This document shows, one piece after another, positions 50,090-63,387 of a DNA stretch of 64,000 bases. The stretch is from Felis catus (taxonomy: Eukaryota): assembly GCF_018350175.1 (NCBI RefSeq), contig NC_058368.1:198340001-198404000 (forward strand), in the 5' to 3' direction. Positions within the stretch are counted from its first letter, which is position 1, and every line of letters starts with the position of its first letter. Below the pieces are notes generated by a model. It ran no database searches and was not told the origin of the DNA. It worked only from the letters and a program-made list of their open reading frames with translations. Made by a program: the position numbers and the translations under genes.

Positions 50090-53000
50090 TCTACTCCATT
50101 TCTCTCCAAAACTCAAAGCCATCTTGTGGAAGCAATCTGGGAACTTCCAACTATCTAGACACCAGATCCATTCTCCCACCCATGTTCACAAAACAGGGGC
50201 TGTCAGTCTCCAAGCCTAGCAGAATTGGGAAAGATTTGTCAAATCATTCATCTGCAGAGGTGAAACCTAATGTCATCACCACACACTGCCTGGCTATCAT
50301 ACAGAATGGGTTAACTGAGTAGAAGCTGAAACCAACTCTCTGATTCAAATCCTGCTGCTGCCACTCCTTTGACTCTGCTTCCTTGTGTTTCAGCTCTTCC
50401 TCTATAAAATGTAATTACAAGCATAACCCCATGACACTCTCTAAAGGATTAAATGAACTATTTCTTGCAAGGTGTTTACCATGGTAACAGCTTAATAAAT
50501 TTCAGCTAATATTATTTGCTACTAGGTCTTAAAGGAAATTCTAATTTTCTTCCATAATGTAAGGATGGATTGATCTCTCAGAGGAGGGTGATTTTGCCTT
50601 GCTATGCTCCTGGTTTCAAGTTTCCTGTCTTTTACGAATCTGAACTAGTATTTTAGTTCTAGTATATGAAGGGGATTAGATGTTCACGAGCTCTTCTGAG
50701 AGCCATGTCTTAATAACTCAGATCACAGCTTTGTACAAACCATTGTGTTAGTTGCTGTGGAAAATACACAATGAGCACTTAATCAATGTTTTAATCAAAT
50801 GGTTCCCAGGATTCATCAGGAAGGAGGTTCACCCAAAGGTAAATGCAGCACACTGGGTACAATGGTTATAATAATCACGTCATAATTGGCCTGATGTATG
50901 TGAAAGATTCAAACACAGTGACAGGAATCCAATTGTCCTTCACATTTATTAAACTGTATGTGATCATTTCAAATCCATTTTAAACATCTTTACAGTGATT
51001 TATACTCTGCATAGACAGTCTGAGCCAGTGGAAGAGTGGAAACTGAAATTTGAATTTAATTAATGTTGGTGTAAAGTTTTCATTTTTGCCAGGCAGCATT
51101 TGCCCTGGTTACATATGTAAATGGTCATTTTCCTCTGTCTCTGTTAGAGAAGCACCTGCAAGACAGGGAGAAAAGCCTGGATCTTAGTCCACAAATAGGT
51201 ATGATTATACCCTGATATGTAGGGACAGTGAGGTTCACAGGTATTAAGGGACTTTACCAAGAGCCAGGATGCAAGTTTCAGAAAACAAACAAACAAACAA
51301 ACAAATACCTTTAAGTGAGCTCGTGCTTTTGAAAGCTCTTTGTCAGCAGCAAAGGAGGAAACAACATTCTTGTGAACTAGGCATTTAAACAGCTAGTCTG
51401 CCCCAGTGCCCATGTGGGACACTGTAGGTTGAAGACAGCCCAGCCTTGAAGGAGTTTCCAGTCTAGGGGAAAAAAGTGTACTGAAGAAGTAGGTACAGGA
51501 CACGGCAGGGGACGAAGAAGGGTGAAAGGTGCAGAAAGGTGAAAGCAGAGGGTTTTCTCCAGGAAGAGACAAATGAGCTGACTCACAAAGGTAGGTAGCT
51601 AGATGTTCATCAGAAGAACAGCAGTTGTGGGAGGAGAAGGTCAGGGCAAAGGTACAGCCCGGGCTGGGGAACAGCATGATCAGACTTAGGTTTTCCCATT
51701 CTCTGGGGCTCCTGCTGGGAGAAGGGATTGGAAAGAGGGATACTCCACTCTAATAGGCAACAGATGGTTTCCACTGGACTGAGGCAGTGAAGTCCTAAAG
51801 GCAAAGAGGCAGAGATGATGTAAAAGCTGCTAGAGATATAGAGTTAATAGAATTTGGTCACTCTTTCTTGGAGGAAAGAGAATGGTGGAGGTCAAGGCTG
51901 ACATCCAGGTTTCCAGTATGAGTACTGGGGGAACAGAGGTGTCATTCACTGGGAAGGGAAACCCAGGAGAAGAAGATAATAATATAGTGAGCTTGATCAC
52001 GTCCTCTCAGGTACTTTTCTTGGATGTGAGTCATTACAGATGACTTCATCTTTCAATTTAGGAAAGTTTTCTTTCATTCACCTTCCTGGTGTCTTAGTTA
52101 ACAATTAACTGCAAGACAGGAAACATAACATCCCCGCTCTATTTTCCAAATGATTACCCTGCAGTAAAACACAAAGGCAACATGGACTTCAAGTGAAAGA
52201 CACAGGTACATGCTCGAAGCATAATGCCCATGCAATTTGTCTTCAGGTTTGTGTCAGGGCCTAATAAGCACCTGCCATATTTTTATAGCTGGGTACTAGG
52301 ACTTAATAGGACCTTGCTGGAATGATAATTACACTGCCTATGAAGCCAGACCATAGGTGTGGATAATGGAAGTCTGCGGTAAGGCCTGAGCTCCAGGAGC
52401 TCAAGGACATCTGCATGTAGGATGAAAAGTCTCTTCTAAACAGCCTGTGGGCATTTTAGGTACAGGTCCTCACGTTTTCTCCACTAACCTCTTCTGAAGG
52501 CAGGGGCATCCCTTCTAGAGGGACATATCACCACAGAGAACATGGCGAGGCCAATAGTCAGTGTCTTTGGTGAACACGCCTCTTAGTCAAGCACAAAGCT
52601 TGAGAAGGGGAGCTTGGCCTGGATCCTAGGCCCCACTGGTCCCCTTCTGTGCTCCCTCCTGCTTGATACAACTGCAGCCACTATGTGAGGCAGCCCCAGG
52701 ACCTTGGATAATAGCTCTTAACACACAGCCCCCAACCTTCAGAAGAGCACAGGCCTGAAGTTACCATGGATTGGAGAATCTCTTACAACAAAGCACAGTG
52801 GAAAGAGGTTGAATACTCACTAGGTGCTAGGCCCTTGGGGGAAGATGCAAGCACTTACTGAACAAAGGAACAAACAAATGAAAGAAGAGTCTCCATTAAT
52901 AGCAATACTAGATTGGGCCCAAAACACACACTCAGGAAGAGACGGAAGCAGAGAAGCTAAATACCATGTGATCATGCAAAAACTAAATTTCTTAGTAATT

Positions 53001-53508
53001 GGAAAAGTACGATTATGCTTTCCTTTATTCCTGGTTTTTCACTCAGATCTTAATATCACAGATTAAAATACTAGTTACCCTGTTTTCCGACTGCAGGAAA
53101 AAACCCTTAATGTTTAAAGCAAGAATGTGGATTTGTGTTGGTAAGCATGCTGTGGAACCAAATCCCAGTAGGAGACACGAAATTGTTGTTTTTTTTTTTC
53201 CTTTGCTCAGCACCCCAGGTCATCCTGAATCGGAAGTTCTTCTGTGAGAACTGAACAGGGGTTGCAAATATATGTCTGAGGAACCCATTTTGGAATAGAT
53301 ACTGAAAAACACTAAGAACCCATTTCCTGTTGTGTCACGTTACAAGCTGTAGGGTCCACCATGGGAGATAAGACGAAGAGAGACTCTCCTCCAAGACAAC
53401 ATGTTCTGACATGTTCAAGCTTGAACCTTCCTGTATTATTATTTATCCAGAAACAAGCAAATGCAGTCCCACACTGTAATTTGCTAAGTAACCACAGATG
53501 GTACAAAG

Positions 53509-53711
53509 CAGGATTGCTCAGCCTCAGCACTTCGGAATTCGGAGCTGGATAATTCTTTGTGGGGGCCTGGGGGAGCAGACAGCCTACATCGTAGAAAGTT
53601 TAGCAGCATCCCTGACCCATTACATGGCAGTAGTACATCTCCCCCCTCTGATATCACAACCAGAAAATGTTCTCTAGATATTGCCAAATCACCCCTGGTT
53701 GAGAAACACTG
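53509..53711. mobile_element. MER20 hAT-Charlie element
   Basis: cag...ctcagcctcagcact...ggataattctttgt...tttagcagcatccctg...ccctggttgagaaacactg. Confidence 0.85.
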
Positions 53712-54457
53712 ATCTGGAGTAGCACTACCTCTCAAAGCCAAGTTCAGCCAGACACAAGGAGTCAGCTGAGCATCTGAAGGGCAACAGAGAGCTACTTTGT
53801 CTGCTGTTGTGATGAAAAGAACCTAGGACAAGTGAGTTGAATCTCTCTCATTGGATCAGGCCCAATAGGTTTAAGATACTGAGTAAATAGTTTACCACAA
53901 ATGTGAGAAGTGATTTGGTCTATCATCACTGCTCAACCCTAAGATTTTGCTGATTTATTTTTACAGACACAAAAATTTTCAAATAATTATAGTACCTTTA
54001 TTATACTATATCTGTATATCAGTGATCTTTTAGTAGCAAGTGACAGAAAATCAATTCAAGGTGGCCTCTGCAAAAAATGATAAGCTTTTTATGGGTCACA
54101 AAATAGAATACCCAGGGGTAGAATTGGCTCTAGTTCCACCTGGATGGAGATATTCAAACAGTGATACCAGAAATATTTCACTTACACTTTTGGGTCATAT
54201 TTTCCTCCGTGTTAGCCTTGCTGTCAAGGTGCTTTCCTGAGATGATGACAGAGATGGCCGCTGAGGATCCAGGATGACATCCTAGAAACTCCAGTGGAAA
54301 GAGAAGGTCTCTTTCCCAAGTGTTCCAGCCAAAGTCCCAAGGTTAAGTCTCATTGGCCTGAGCATCTGATCATGCAAAAACTAAATTTTTGTAGCCAATC
54401 ATTGTAGCCAAAGAAACAGAACACTCCAGATGATTTCCCAGGCTTGTCAGCACATAC

Positions 54458-54955
54458 TGTGATAGAAATCCTCTAAGATAGTCTTCATTGGTTCCTATCT
54501 CCTGGTTTTCATGCCCTTGTGTATTCTGTTCTTCAGTGTAGGCTGGACTCATTTATGATGAACAGAATACAGCCAAAAGTGATGGGATGTTACTTCTGAG
54601 ATTATGTTACAAAAAGACTGTGACTTCTGTCTTCCTCACCCTGTGATATTGCAAATTGCCCTGTGAAGAGGCCTATATGGCAAGAAAAGGATGGTTCTAT
54701 CCAAGAGCTAGCAAGGTCTAAAGGCCTCCCAATAGTCATGTGAGTGAGCTCAGAAGCAGATCTCTGAGTCAAGCCTTGAGGTTGATTCCAGCCCTGGATG
54801 ACACCTTGACTGTAGTCTTTTGAGAGATCTTGAGACAAAGGCACAGAGAACCTGCACCCAGATTCCTGATGCATAGAAGTCATGAGATAGTGTTTGTTGT
54901 TGGAAGCCAATACATTTTGGGGCTATTCGTTATACAGCAATAGATAACTAATACA
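54458..54955 (+). mobile_element. MaLR solo LTR (MLT1E/F-like) adjacent to or nested in an older MLT1
   Basis: TGTGATAG...ctcctggttttcatgcccttgtgta...ttatacagcaatagataactaataCA. Confidence 0.85.
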
Positions 54956-56376
54956 ATGCACCACCACCACCCCATACACACACACGCATACACACACCCA
55001 GGGATACAGTGGGGGACCATTTCACCAAACATCATGACCTGACTTTGGGGGAAGCATAGCCCCAAAGCATTCTGGTGTTCAAAAACACATATTCATTATA
55101 GCATCCAGTTCAGGTTGTTTTGACTGAACATCTAAGTTTCAAAAAAAAATAAGGAAAGCACTCTCCTGACACTCTCACCATAGGGAGAAAAACTGTAGAC
55201 TTTCATGTGGCTGCATCAGGAATAGATTTGTACTGACCTGGCTTACAAGAGACTTTTCAAAGTCACATACCCTGAGGGTGAGGGCTGGGAGCACAGTGTT
55301 GACAAGATATTTTTTTCTTCATTCACCCCGGGAGGTGGAAACTGCTGAACACCAAGTTTGAATGAAACTTTTCTGTTCCTTTAGGCCTGCCTGCTCTGGG
55401 TTTTTGGATTCTACTATTACATAAGCCGTGAAGTCCCCCTTGTTGACAGAGACAGTTTATTTTCTCTTCCTATTAAACAGGAAATTGAACAGCCTAAGAA
55501 GAAGCTGAAATATCAACGAGTCTTTGCCATGGTATTATGAATTTGTAGTTCAATTTTGGAATAGTGGCATTGAGGTCTTGATTGAAATTTTTCTTCTAAA
55601 ATGTCCCTGAAGCACTAAAATAAGGTAGTTGGAGGCTCTGAATTACTTCAGGTGCTCTAGAACATGTGATGTGTGGGACTGAATTCACCTTGTTTTCTCA
55701 TTTCTATGTCCCTCAATTACCTTGTCCAGACCATGGTAAATACATTGTGATAAATAAAGCCTCCATCAAGCATTTGATCACTAGAAGGAGCAGAAGGTAA
55801 ATTAACTGCTGAGGAGCCTAAGACTTGCTGACCATAACCCACGGGAGCCCAAATCTGTCCACGTTACCCATGATAAAAAGTCACAAAGCGGGGAGAATTT
55901 AGGAGGTGACTTGTGTACCAAGAGAATTCACCAGCAGTACTCATGAGTACTATTACTTAGGACTATTCTTACTATATTATTTTATGCAACTTCTACATAG
56001 TGTGGTATTTGATAGCTGATTAATTTATTTTCAGGGTGGTTTGATCTAGTAAAATGCTGCATGCGACGTTGATAGATTTAATCGGTGTGTGTTTTCAGAT
56101 TAATAGCGGCTGAATGGGCTGTTGGATATCTATGATCCTTCCATTAACACTGAGATCTGTTTACATTTCTTTACAATGGACTGAGCACACTTTTAGAGAT
56201 CTACTTATTTAAAAAAAATTCTATTGTGTTTCTCCAACCTAAAGTTAGTGAAAGTTTCAGATGCTGAAGGAGTGGGGAAGAACGTGATATATCAAATAAG
56301 ATCTTTAAAAAGCCACAGGTTCCACCCAAGGTCTAGGTTGGAAAGACCTTTATCTGTCTTTTTTGAATAACTCTCA

Positions 56377-56392
56377 AAAAAGAAAGAAAGGA

Positions 56393-56448
<56 letters not shown>

Positions 56449-56531
56449 AGAAAGGAGAAAGAAAGAAAGAAGAAAGAAAGAAAGAAAGAAAGGAAGGAAG
56501 AAAGAGAAGAGAAAAAGGAGGAAGAGGGAAC
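56377..56531. repeat. (GAAA)n compound polypurine repeat
   Basis: About 155-bp purine-only tract with a GAAA core. Confidence 0.95.
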
Positions 56532-57494
56532 TTCAAAGGCTAAAAAAAAAAAGTTTTGTTTTGTTTTTCTTAATTTGAGTTGATCCACATTTCCTGAGAC
56601 CATCAGAATCTCACTAATGGCAACAGGACAGTATTTCTATAGCTCCAATCCACTCACAAATTTTGGGGGAGTCTAGCTGCTTTAAACTTCTCCCAACCGG
56701 TTGAAGAGGCTCCCTGATATATTTATTCAATGAGTGCAGGAATGGAGATGACTGCACTGATGATGATGTGGGAACACTGTTCCCTCCTTCAAGTTCTTGG
56801 AGATGCAGTGTGGAACGTGCTAGTTCCTTCTCTCCTGCTTTGGAGACTGCTGCCAGATCTAGGACACCCCCCACCTGCCCTGTTTCCGAGACATGCTGGC
56901 CTCCGAGTCATGTGCACTGGCGGCCCTCTGGCTGAAGTGACATAGTGCGGGGCTACACTGCATCCTGCTTTCAAGCTCCTACAGAGACCAGCGGAGAGGC
57001 TCCTGGATCTTTCAGTTTTATTACTTCATCTCCCTGGGACTGTGGCACACGTTCTGGGGGATCTGGAAAAAGACCAAATGCCCAACGTTCTAGCTGAACT
57101 CTCTCCTGATGCCGGCCTCCCATATCTTGAGCCAACTGTACGTAAAGGACTCTCTCTGCCCTCAAGGGTGGGTCTTGCCATCCAGAGTGTCTGAAAACCC
57201 AGCGTATAGTTTATCAAGCTTAGATACTCCCCAGTTCATACACCGGGGGATAATCGCTGTAGACGTGAGTCAAGTGAGACTGAGCATACGTAGGAAACAT
57301 AATTCAGTGTGTCTGGGGGGACCCAAAACAATTTTCCTGGCTTACGGGCACTATTGATCTTAATGAAAGAAAACTCAAGAAACAATTAGCATTGACTATG
57401 GTGTATAAACAAACTAAGTAAAGAATTTAATACATATTTTTCTCTGCTTCAAACATGGCCTAATTTTAAAATACTTTAGCTGGCCATGAAGAAC

Positions 57495-57690
57495 CAGGCT
57501 GAAATCAAACCACCACTTAGAAGCTCTGTTAAATTCACCATGTCACTTAATCTCTCAGAACCTCAGTTCCCTCACTTGCAAAAGGGGACTGACAATGCCA
57601 TTATTCCATTGGGTTGTTGTTAGCGTTAAAGAAACTAGTTAATGAACATAAGCAGAGCACAGTACCTGGCACAGAGTAAGCACCCAGCCA
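57495..57690 (+). mobile_element. MIR
   Basis: gtcacttaatctctcagaacctcagttccctcacttgcaaaagggg...agtacctggcacagagtaagcac. Confidence 0.75.
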
Positions 57691-58970
57691 AGTGTCCGGC
57701 CGATATATGTACGACTGTGTGTGTATGTCAACATCTCTTTATACTAAAATACAGGTGTTAAAAGCATTTTCAAACCCCCTCTAGACAATGGCCAAAGTAT
57801 TTACGAAAAGGCCAGTTGCTATTTTAGAAAACCAGCCTCAAAACTTGATTAAGAGTGACATTTCTAAGTTTTTCCTGCTACTATGTAAATAGCACAAAAG
57901 TCTCACAAATAAATAGCATCATTCTGTATAAACAGATTCCTAGCTTTCTTTGCAGTGGAGGGCAGCTTCTCACAAATTCTTTTGAGAATGCTCTGGTTTG
58001 TCCCAGAATCAACTCGTGCTGAGTTTACTATTCAGACCAGATTAGTACCAGGCAGTTGGAGCAGTCAAATTCCCACAGCCAATTTTCTATAAAAATCCCA
58101 AGTAATTGAAATGGGAGGAAGGTACCCAGTAAAGTCAGGGTGAATAATTTAGCACAGTAGCTGTCTGCAGCTTCTGAAGCAACATATTCAAAGCATTTTA
58201 TTAGAGGGTTGATGAGCCACTGCTGTCTCCAGAGCATCCTGGCTGCCACCCACCTATTTCATCAAGAACAAGGAGAAGAGCAAAATGAGCGACTGGGGGA
58301 TCTAGGATTAACCCTTCTCGGATATCTGACTGATCCTGTGAATGCCAAATGTAAACAGTGACATTGTACATGACATCTTTCTAAAAGTCAGTGTTGAGAA
58401 ACATGACTAGCCACAGGAGTCATTAAACAAGGGCACTCGGTCCCCTCCCAGCTCCGTAGATCCCTTTAAGAGGGAGACCCCTCTGCTGGGGCTAGGGATA
58501 AGCTGGTTGCTCTTTTCGAAAACTGGCCTCAAATCTCTATTGAGTGACTTTTCCAATTCTTTACTGCTCCTATGTAATTAGAAAAAATTCATAAATCAAT
58601 ACCCTCTATCCCTAATCAGGACCAGTCAGGAGTTGGGGGCACAAATGGCAGAAACCCACCTCAACTTAGATTCAGTAAAAAAGGAGTTTGTTGACTAATG
58701 CTGCTGGTCAGAATGCAAAGCTACTCACAGGATTGAATGAAGCTCAAGATCAGAATGCAGTTCACCGGATCTAATGCCTAGAAATCAGTGACCCAGGTCA
58801 GAGTCTCAGTGTCTCAAGGGCCTTATGTGGTAGAAGCTGACATCGGTATATAGCAATTATTAAAAGAGTTTAATGGTATAAACCCTATGTCCAACTGTTA
58901 CAGATTGAATTGTGTCTCCCACCCCCCACCACCAAATTCATATGTTGAAACTTTAACTCCCTCTACTCTT

Positions 58971-59193
58971 CTTTTTTTTTTTTTTAATATTTTTATTTAT
59001 TTTTAAGAGAGAGAGAGAGAGACAATATGTGAATGGGGGAGGGGCAGAAAGAGAGGGAGACACAGAATCAGAAGCGGGCTCCAGGCTCTGAGCTGTTAAC
59101 ACAGAGCCCAACACGGGGCTCAAACCCACGAACCGTGAGATCATGACCTGAGCCGAAGTCAGATGCTCAACAACTGAGCCACCCAGGTGCCCC
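58971..59193 (-). mobile_element. CAN-SINE
   Basis: 17-bp TSD taactc(c/t)ctctactctt at 58954-58970 and 59194-59210. Confidence 0.95.
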
Positions 59194-59199
59194 TAACTC

Positions 59200-59720
59200 T
59201 CTCTACTCTTAATTCGTGGTTGAAACGCCTGTAATAAAAGAGATTAGCAAGAGAAAAAACAGGTTTATTAACATGTAAATATGTTATGTACACATGTAAT
59301 ATGTCATGTATACATGGGAGATACCCTGTGAAAAATTACTCTCTTAGGTGGCTTAGAACTCCAGCTTAAATTGCATCTTCAGCTAAAGACGAAAGAAAGG
59401 TGTAGGAGGAGGCCAACACCTCCTGAGAAGTTACCAGGAAAAGTAAGATGAACAAGGATAAGTCTTGCTATACCAATTTAAGTAGGTACCTTCTCCGACA
59501 ATAAAGTTCTCTCGTGATTTAGAGTCATCCTTTTCTTCCTGGTACAGAGAGGAAGACACCCTTACAATACAGCTTTCCTTTATATGTGCAAATGTCCCTT
59601 ACAAACAATTAACTTCTACTGTTTTCAGAACTTCTACTATGTCTGCTGTTTCTCAACACAACCAGCTCAAAATAATCCTTATGCCAAAGAGGCATATTCT
59701 GGGTACTTTGGTATCCTTCA
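59200..59720 (-). mobile_element. ERV1 LTR (MER34-like)
   Basis: Minus strand begins TGAAGG...agaatatgcctctttggcataaggattattttgagctg, a MER34-family start. Confidence 0.8.
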
Positions 59721-59729
59721 ATCTTTATT

Positions 59730-60000
59730 CCTCTGGCTCCTTTCCTGCAAGGTCATCTCTGGCTGACTGTGTCCCTCAATCAAAGATTACATCTTCTCTC
59801 AAGGCATTGCCCTACATGACTCTCTCCTTCTCTCAAAGCCTCAGACCTAGGGATAGTCACAGCTCTGCTGATACCAGCCCTGGGCCACTTTACTATCTCT
59901 TCTGCTTCTTCTATGCACACACTTCTGCAAATAATCACTCTGTAAATACACCCTTTCCAAATCATTCCACTTTGAGAGTGACATCTGCTTCCCCAACTGA
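59730..60000. mobile_element. LTR33-like fragment
   Basis: ggctgactgtgtccctcaatcaaag...cagacctaggga...ttgagagtgacatctgcttcc. Confidence 0.6.
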
Positions 60001-60027
60001 TAGAATTCTCTATAAAACAGAGGTGGA

Positions 60028-60248
60028 GGGGCGCCTGGGTGGCTCAGTCGGTTAAGCGGCCGACTTCGGTTCAGGTCATGATCTCTCAGTCCCTGAGTTC
60101 AAGCCCTGCGTCGGGCTCTGTGCTGACAGCTCAGAGCCTGGAGCCTGTTTCAGATTCTGTGTCTCCCTCTCTCTGACCCTCCCCTGTTCATGCTCTGTCT
60201 CTCACTGTCTCAAAAATAAATAAAACATTAAAAAAATTTAAAAAATAA
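60028..60248 (+). mobile_element. CAN-SINE
   Basis: TSD ataaaaca(g/a)aggtgga at 60012-60027 and 60249-60264. Confidence 0.95.
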
Positions 60249-61860
60249 ATAAAACAAAGGTGGAAAAACTGAAGCACAAATCCTCCTTCTCCCTTCCACC
60301 TGGAAAAAGGATCACAGATAATATCCAAAGTACGTTGGACTCTAACACACAAAGTCCCTGTCAGATGAGATATTTTTTAATGTGCCATCTGTTATCAGAA
60401 ATCCCTTTCTTAAATGTTTATTTCCTTTGGGGACTTTCTTTCATCTTTGCTTTCGAATTATATTCATATCTTAGAATCTTTATGGCCATAGTACTGGGGT
60501 CAGTTTATTGATTGAAACCTTCTGTGTCTGATAATTTTGACCATTCAAGATTTCCACCTGTGCCATGGAGAGCAATGTGGCATGTTTTTGGTTTTGGTTT
60601 TGGTTTTTCAGAGTTCGATATCTGAAAAGTGAAAAAAAGCTTCTACACCATGGTGTGGATTTTATCTCCTGGAGAATCAATACAAGGTTTAAACATTTGG
60701 GGTTTCCTTTCATTTTGCCAGTGACCTCAACCTCTTCTCTCATTTCACCAGTTTTGCATTTCGTCATTGACTACTCCAAAGGCAAACTGCCCATCTATTT
60801 AACGTCTACTACTTACCAAGCATTGCACATTATTTTTATTCTCAAAGCAAGCTTCTGAGGCAGATCTAAGCATCCCATTTTTATAACCAAGAAGACAGAC
60901 TCAGGAAGGTGATCTAACTGGACACAAATGGTAGGTGGTGAAGGACGGGAAGGCACCAGGTCGAAGTGACTCTAAAGAGTGTGATCCACACCGCCTGGGA
61001 TTCTGCTGCTTCCTGCTCGCTTCTCCTACTAAGTACCTTCACCTGCATCTAGAACACTCAACCTGGGATGCTGCTCCCACCATGGTCTTCCTGACTCAGA
61101 CCTCTCATCTCCAGCATTTCCTCCATGGCTGACTGTACCCAGCTGTGGGATGTGGCTATTGACAGATAAATCAACAGAGATATGAACAAACGCTTTCCAG
61201 AATTTCATGCAGAGATATAATAATCTCATTTACAAATGCCATTGACTAACCAGGAGAATTAAAAAACTGGAAAGTTGGAAAGCTTTTGCTTGCGAAGAGG
61301 AAGCGTCCCATTCCTACCTTGCTTTTTAAAGAAATGTATTCTGGAGAATAATAAAAAGTATGTTTTCCCTTTTTATTTCCTAAGGAACCAAATAGGAGAT
61401 ATAAGTACTAAAATAGATTTACTTGCCTTCAGTGCTCCATTCTGTTCTGTCATGCCTTTATGAATTTCAAAGAGAAGGAACTCTTTGGGTCAGGCATTCA
61501 TCTGTTGCAAGGCTCCAGGCGAGAGCCTCCAGGAAGAGAGGCTTGTGACCTCTAGCTGAAGTTAACAAAGTCAGAACACTGTTTGCAAGTTTTGCCTTAG
61601 CGCTGACTTTCCTAGAAGGTGACTTAGGTGGGGTCGTTTGTTTGGAGTTGTTTCAATCTCAGAATGAAGAGAACTCCTTCATATCTAAGGACATGGGGGA
61701 ACAAGGCAAGTGAGCTTAGTCTGTGACTCAAAGATAAAACCAGCTTAATGTGATTTAAGAGACCCAGGAGAGACTTCCTAGCCCCCAAACATCTCCCACT
61801 GGCTTGCTCCAGGACATAAAAAGCAACCTCACGTTTACCCCCATCTTTGTTTACAGTTTA

Positions 61861-61904
61861 CGAATTATATTCATATCTTAGAATCTTTATGGCCCTAGTA
61901 CTGG
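61861..61904 (+). repeat. 44-bp direct copy of 60454-60497
   Basis: cgaattatattcatatcttagaatctttatggcc(a/c)tagtactgg, identical at 43 of 44 positions. Confidence 0.95.
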
Positions 61905-61954
61905 CCATAAAGTACTATGTTAAAAATACTTGTTAAAAATCTATGTTTAAAGTA

Positions 61955-62085
61955 CTTGTTAAAAACCTAGACACCTGGGCCCAATAAGAATAGGTGCCAA
62001 TTCAGGATGTCTGGAAGGTGACAAGGAATTTGCATTTGCAGCAAGCACCTGGGTGATTCTGAGCAGGTAGCCCTGCTTCAAGAGG
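61955..62085. mobile_element. MER5-like fragment
   Basis: cttgttaaaaa...cctgggccc...ggaatttgcattt...caagcacctgggtgattctga. Confidence 0.6.
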
Positions 62086-63387
62086 CCCAAATCAGTATTT
62101 TCCTGGGTTCTGGGAATATGGTAGTTAACGGATCTTAGTAGCTAGTAGAGTGAGTTTGTAAGGTATGTCATATGGGGGCTGCTCAGGTCCTCAGTCACTG
62201 GGTTAGCATTTCAGAACCAGATCCTGGGGAGAAAGGCAATCTTGGGTCCTGCATTTTCAGAATTCAATTATGCTGTGCCATTTTTCTCTGAAATGGTGGT
62301 ATTTTGACATTTAAACTCCATCTTTCAAATGCCTTACACTTTCAACCATTTCCTAGATACTTATGTAAATGAGGTACGGTTCAGCCCTCCAGAAACTCAC
62401 ACCCTAGTGAGTGGATCTTGCAAACTCACTGCTAAAATGGGAGCCACTGAGGAATTGTTAAATTGGGAATGTTAGCTACTCTTCTCTACAACCGTATTAC
62501 CTGGTTATGGTAAAAGCAAGCCACCAACCAAATTCTGCTGCACCTACAGACACTCGTTCACTAAATATTTATTGGTAAACAGGAGGAAAAAAAGCAGTTC
62601 ATACAGCCTTGCACACTAGTTTCTCTCAAGACAATTGCCAGGATTCCAGGGTCAAGGTTCTATCCCCAGTATTGCTAGCATGAGGCAACCAGAATTTTCC
62701 AGAGTTCGTGGATAGACCCAAGACCAGGTAAAGGCTTACCTAAGGCATCGTTCTAAGGGTGTAGGTTATGATTTTAGCTGAATATGTATATCCTACTCAT
62801 GCAAGAGTGGAGGGTTTCTAAATTATTTAACTAGCCCACTTATCTTGAATATCTCTATATTTACCAAGAGATCCCGTTTCTAATTTTCATCATGTTAATC
62901 AAATTCCACTAATTTCACCAAGTTTTATTGGTGACATAAACTATGCTAATTGGCAAAGCACCCGATATTGATGGAGCTATAAATCACAGAAGTGCTTTGC
63001 CTTTGGATTGTGCATTCTTGGTTGAAGTCCAAAAACATTGGGTTAGAGCCCAAACTATGTGGCACACGTATAATGTGGCACTGTATATTGAGAAGCATTT
63101 AAAGATGAATAACAGATCTCTCTTAAGACTGCATGAGACCCACATACGCATTGTGATATCTTCGAAATCCTGCTCAAGGGGTTGCTTTTTATCTGGTGGT
63201 TATCCAGAAGTGACACAACAGTCCTCTACTTGCTCCGATTTTGGTTCAGAACATGGATCACCATACTGTGAGAACTACATAGCTCCAACAAGGATCGAGT
63301 TTCTTCTCAAAACCTATCGAATTGAAGTCCCAGGGCCCTAAACATCCATTCTATCCATACAGTTTTCTCCATGGAAATCAAAGTAGA

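Noticed and set aside
62943..63341. 132-aa plus-strand ORF
   Set aside because: No recognisable family. A GAGE/PAGE-like reading of the antisense frame was considered, but the similarity is compositional only.
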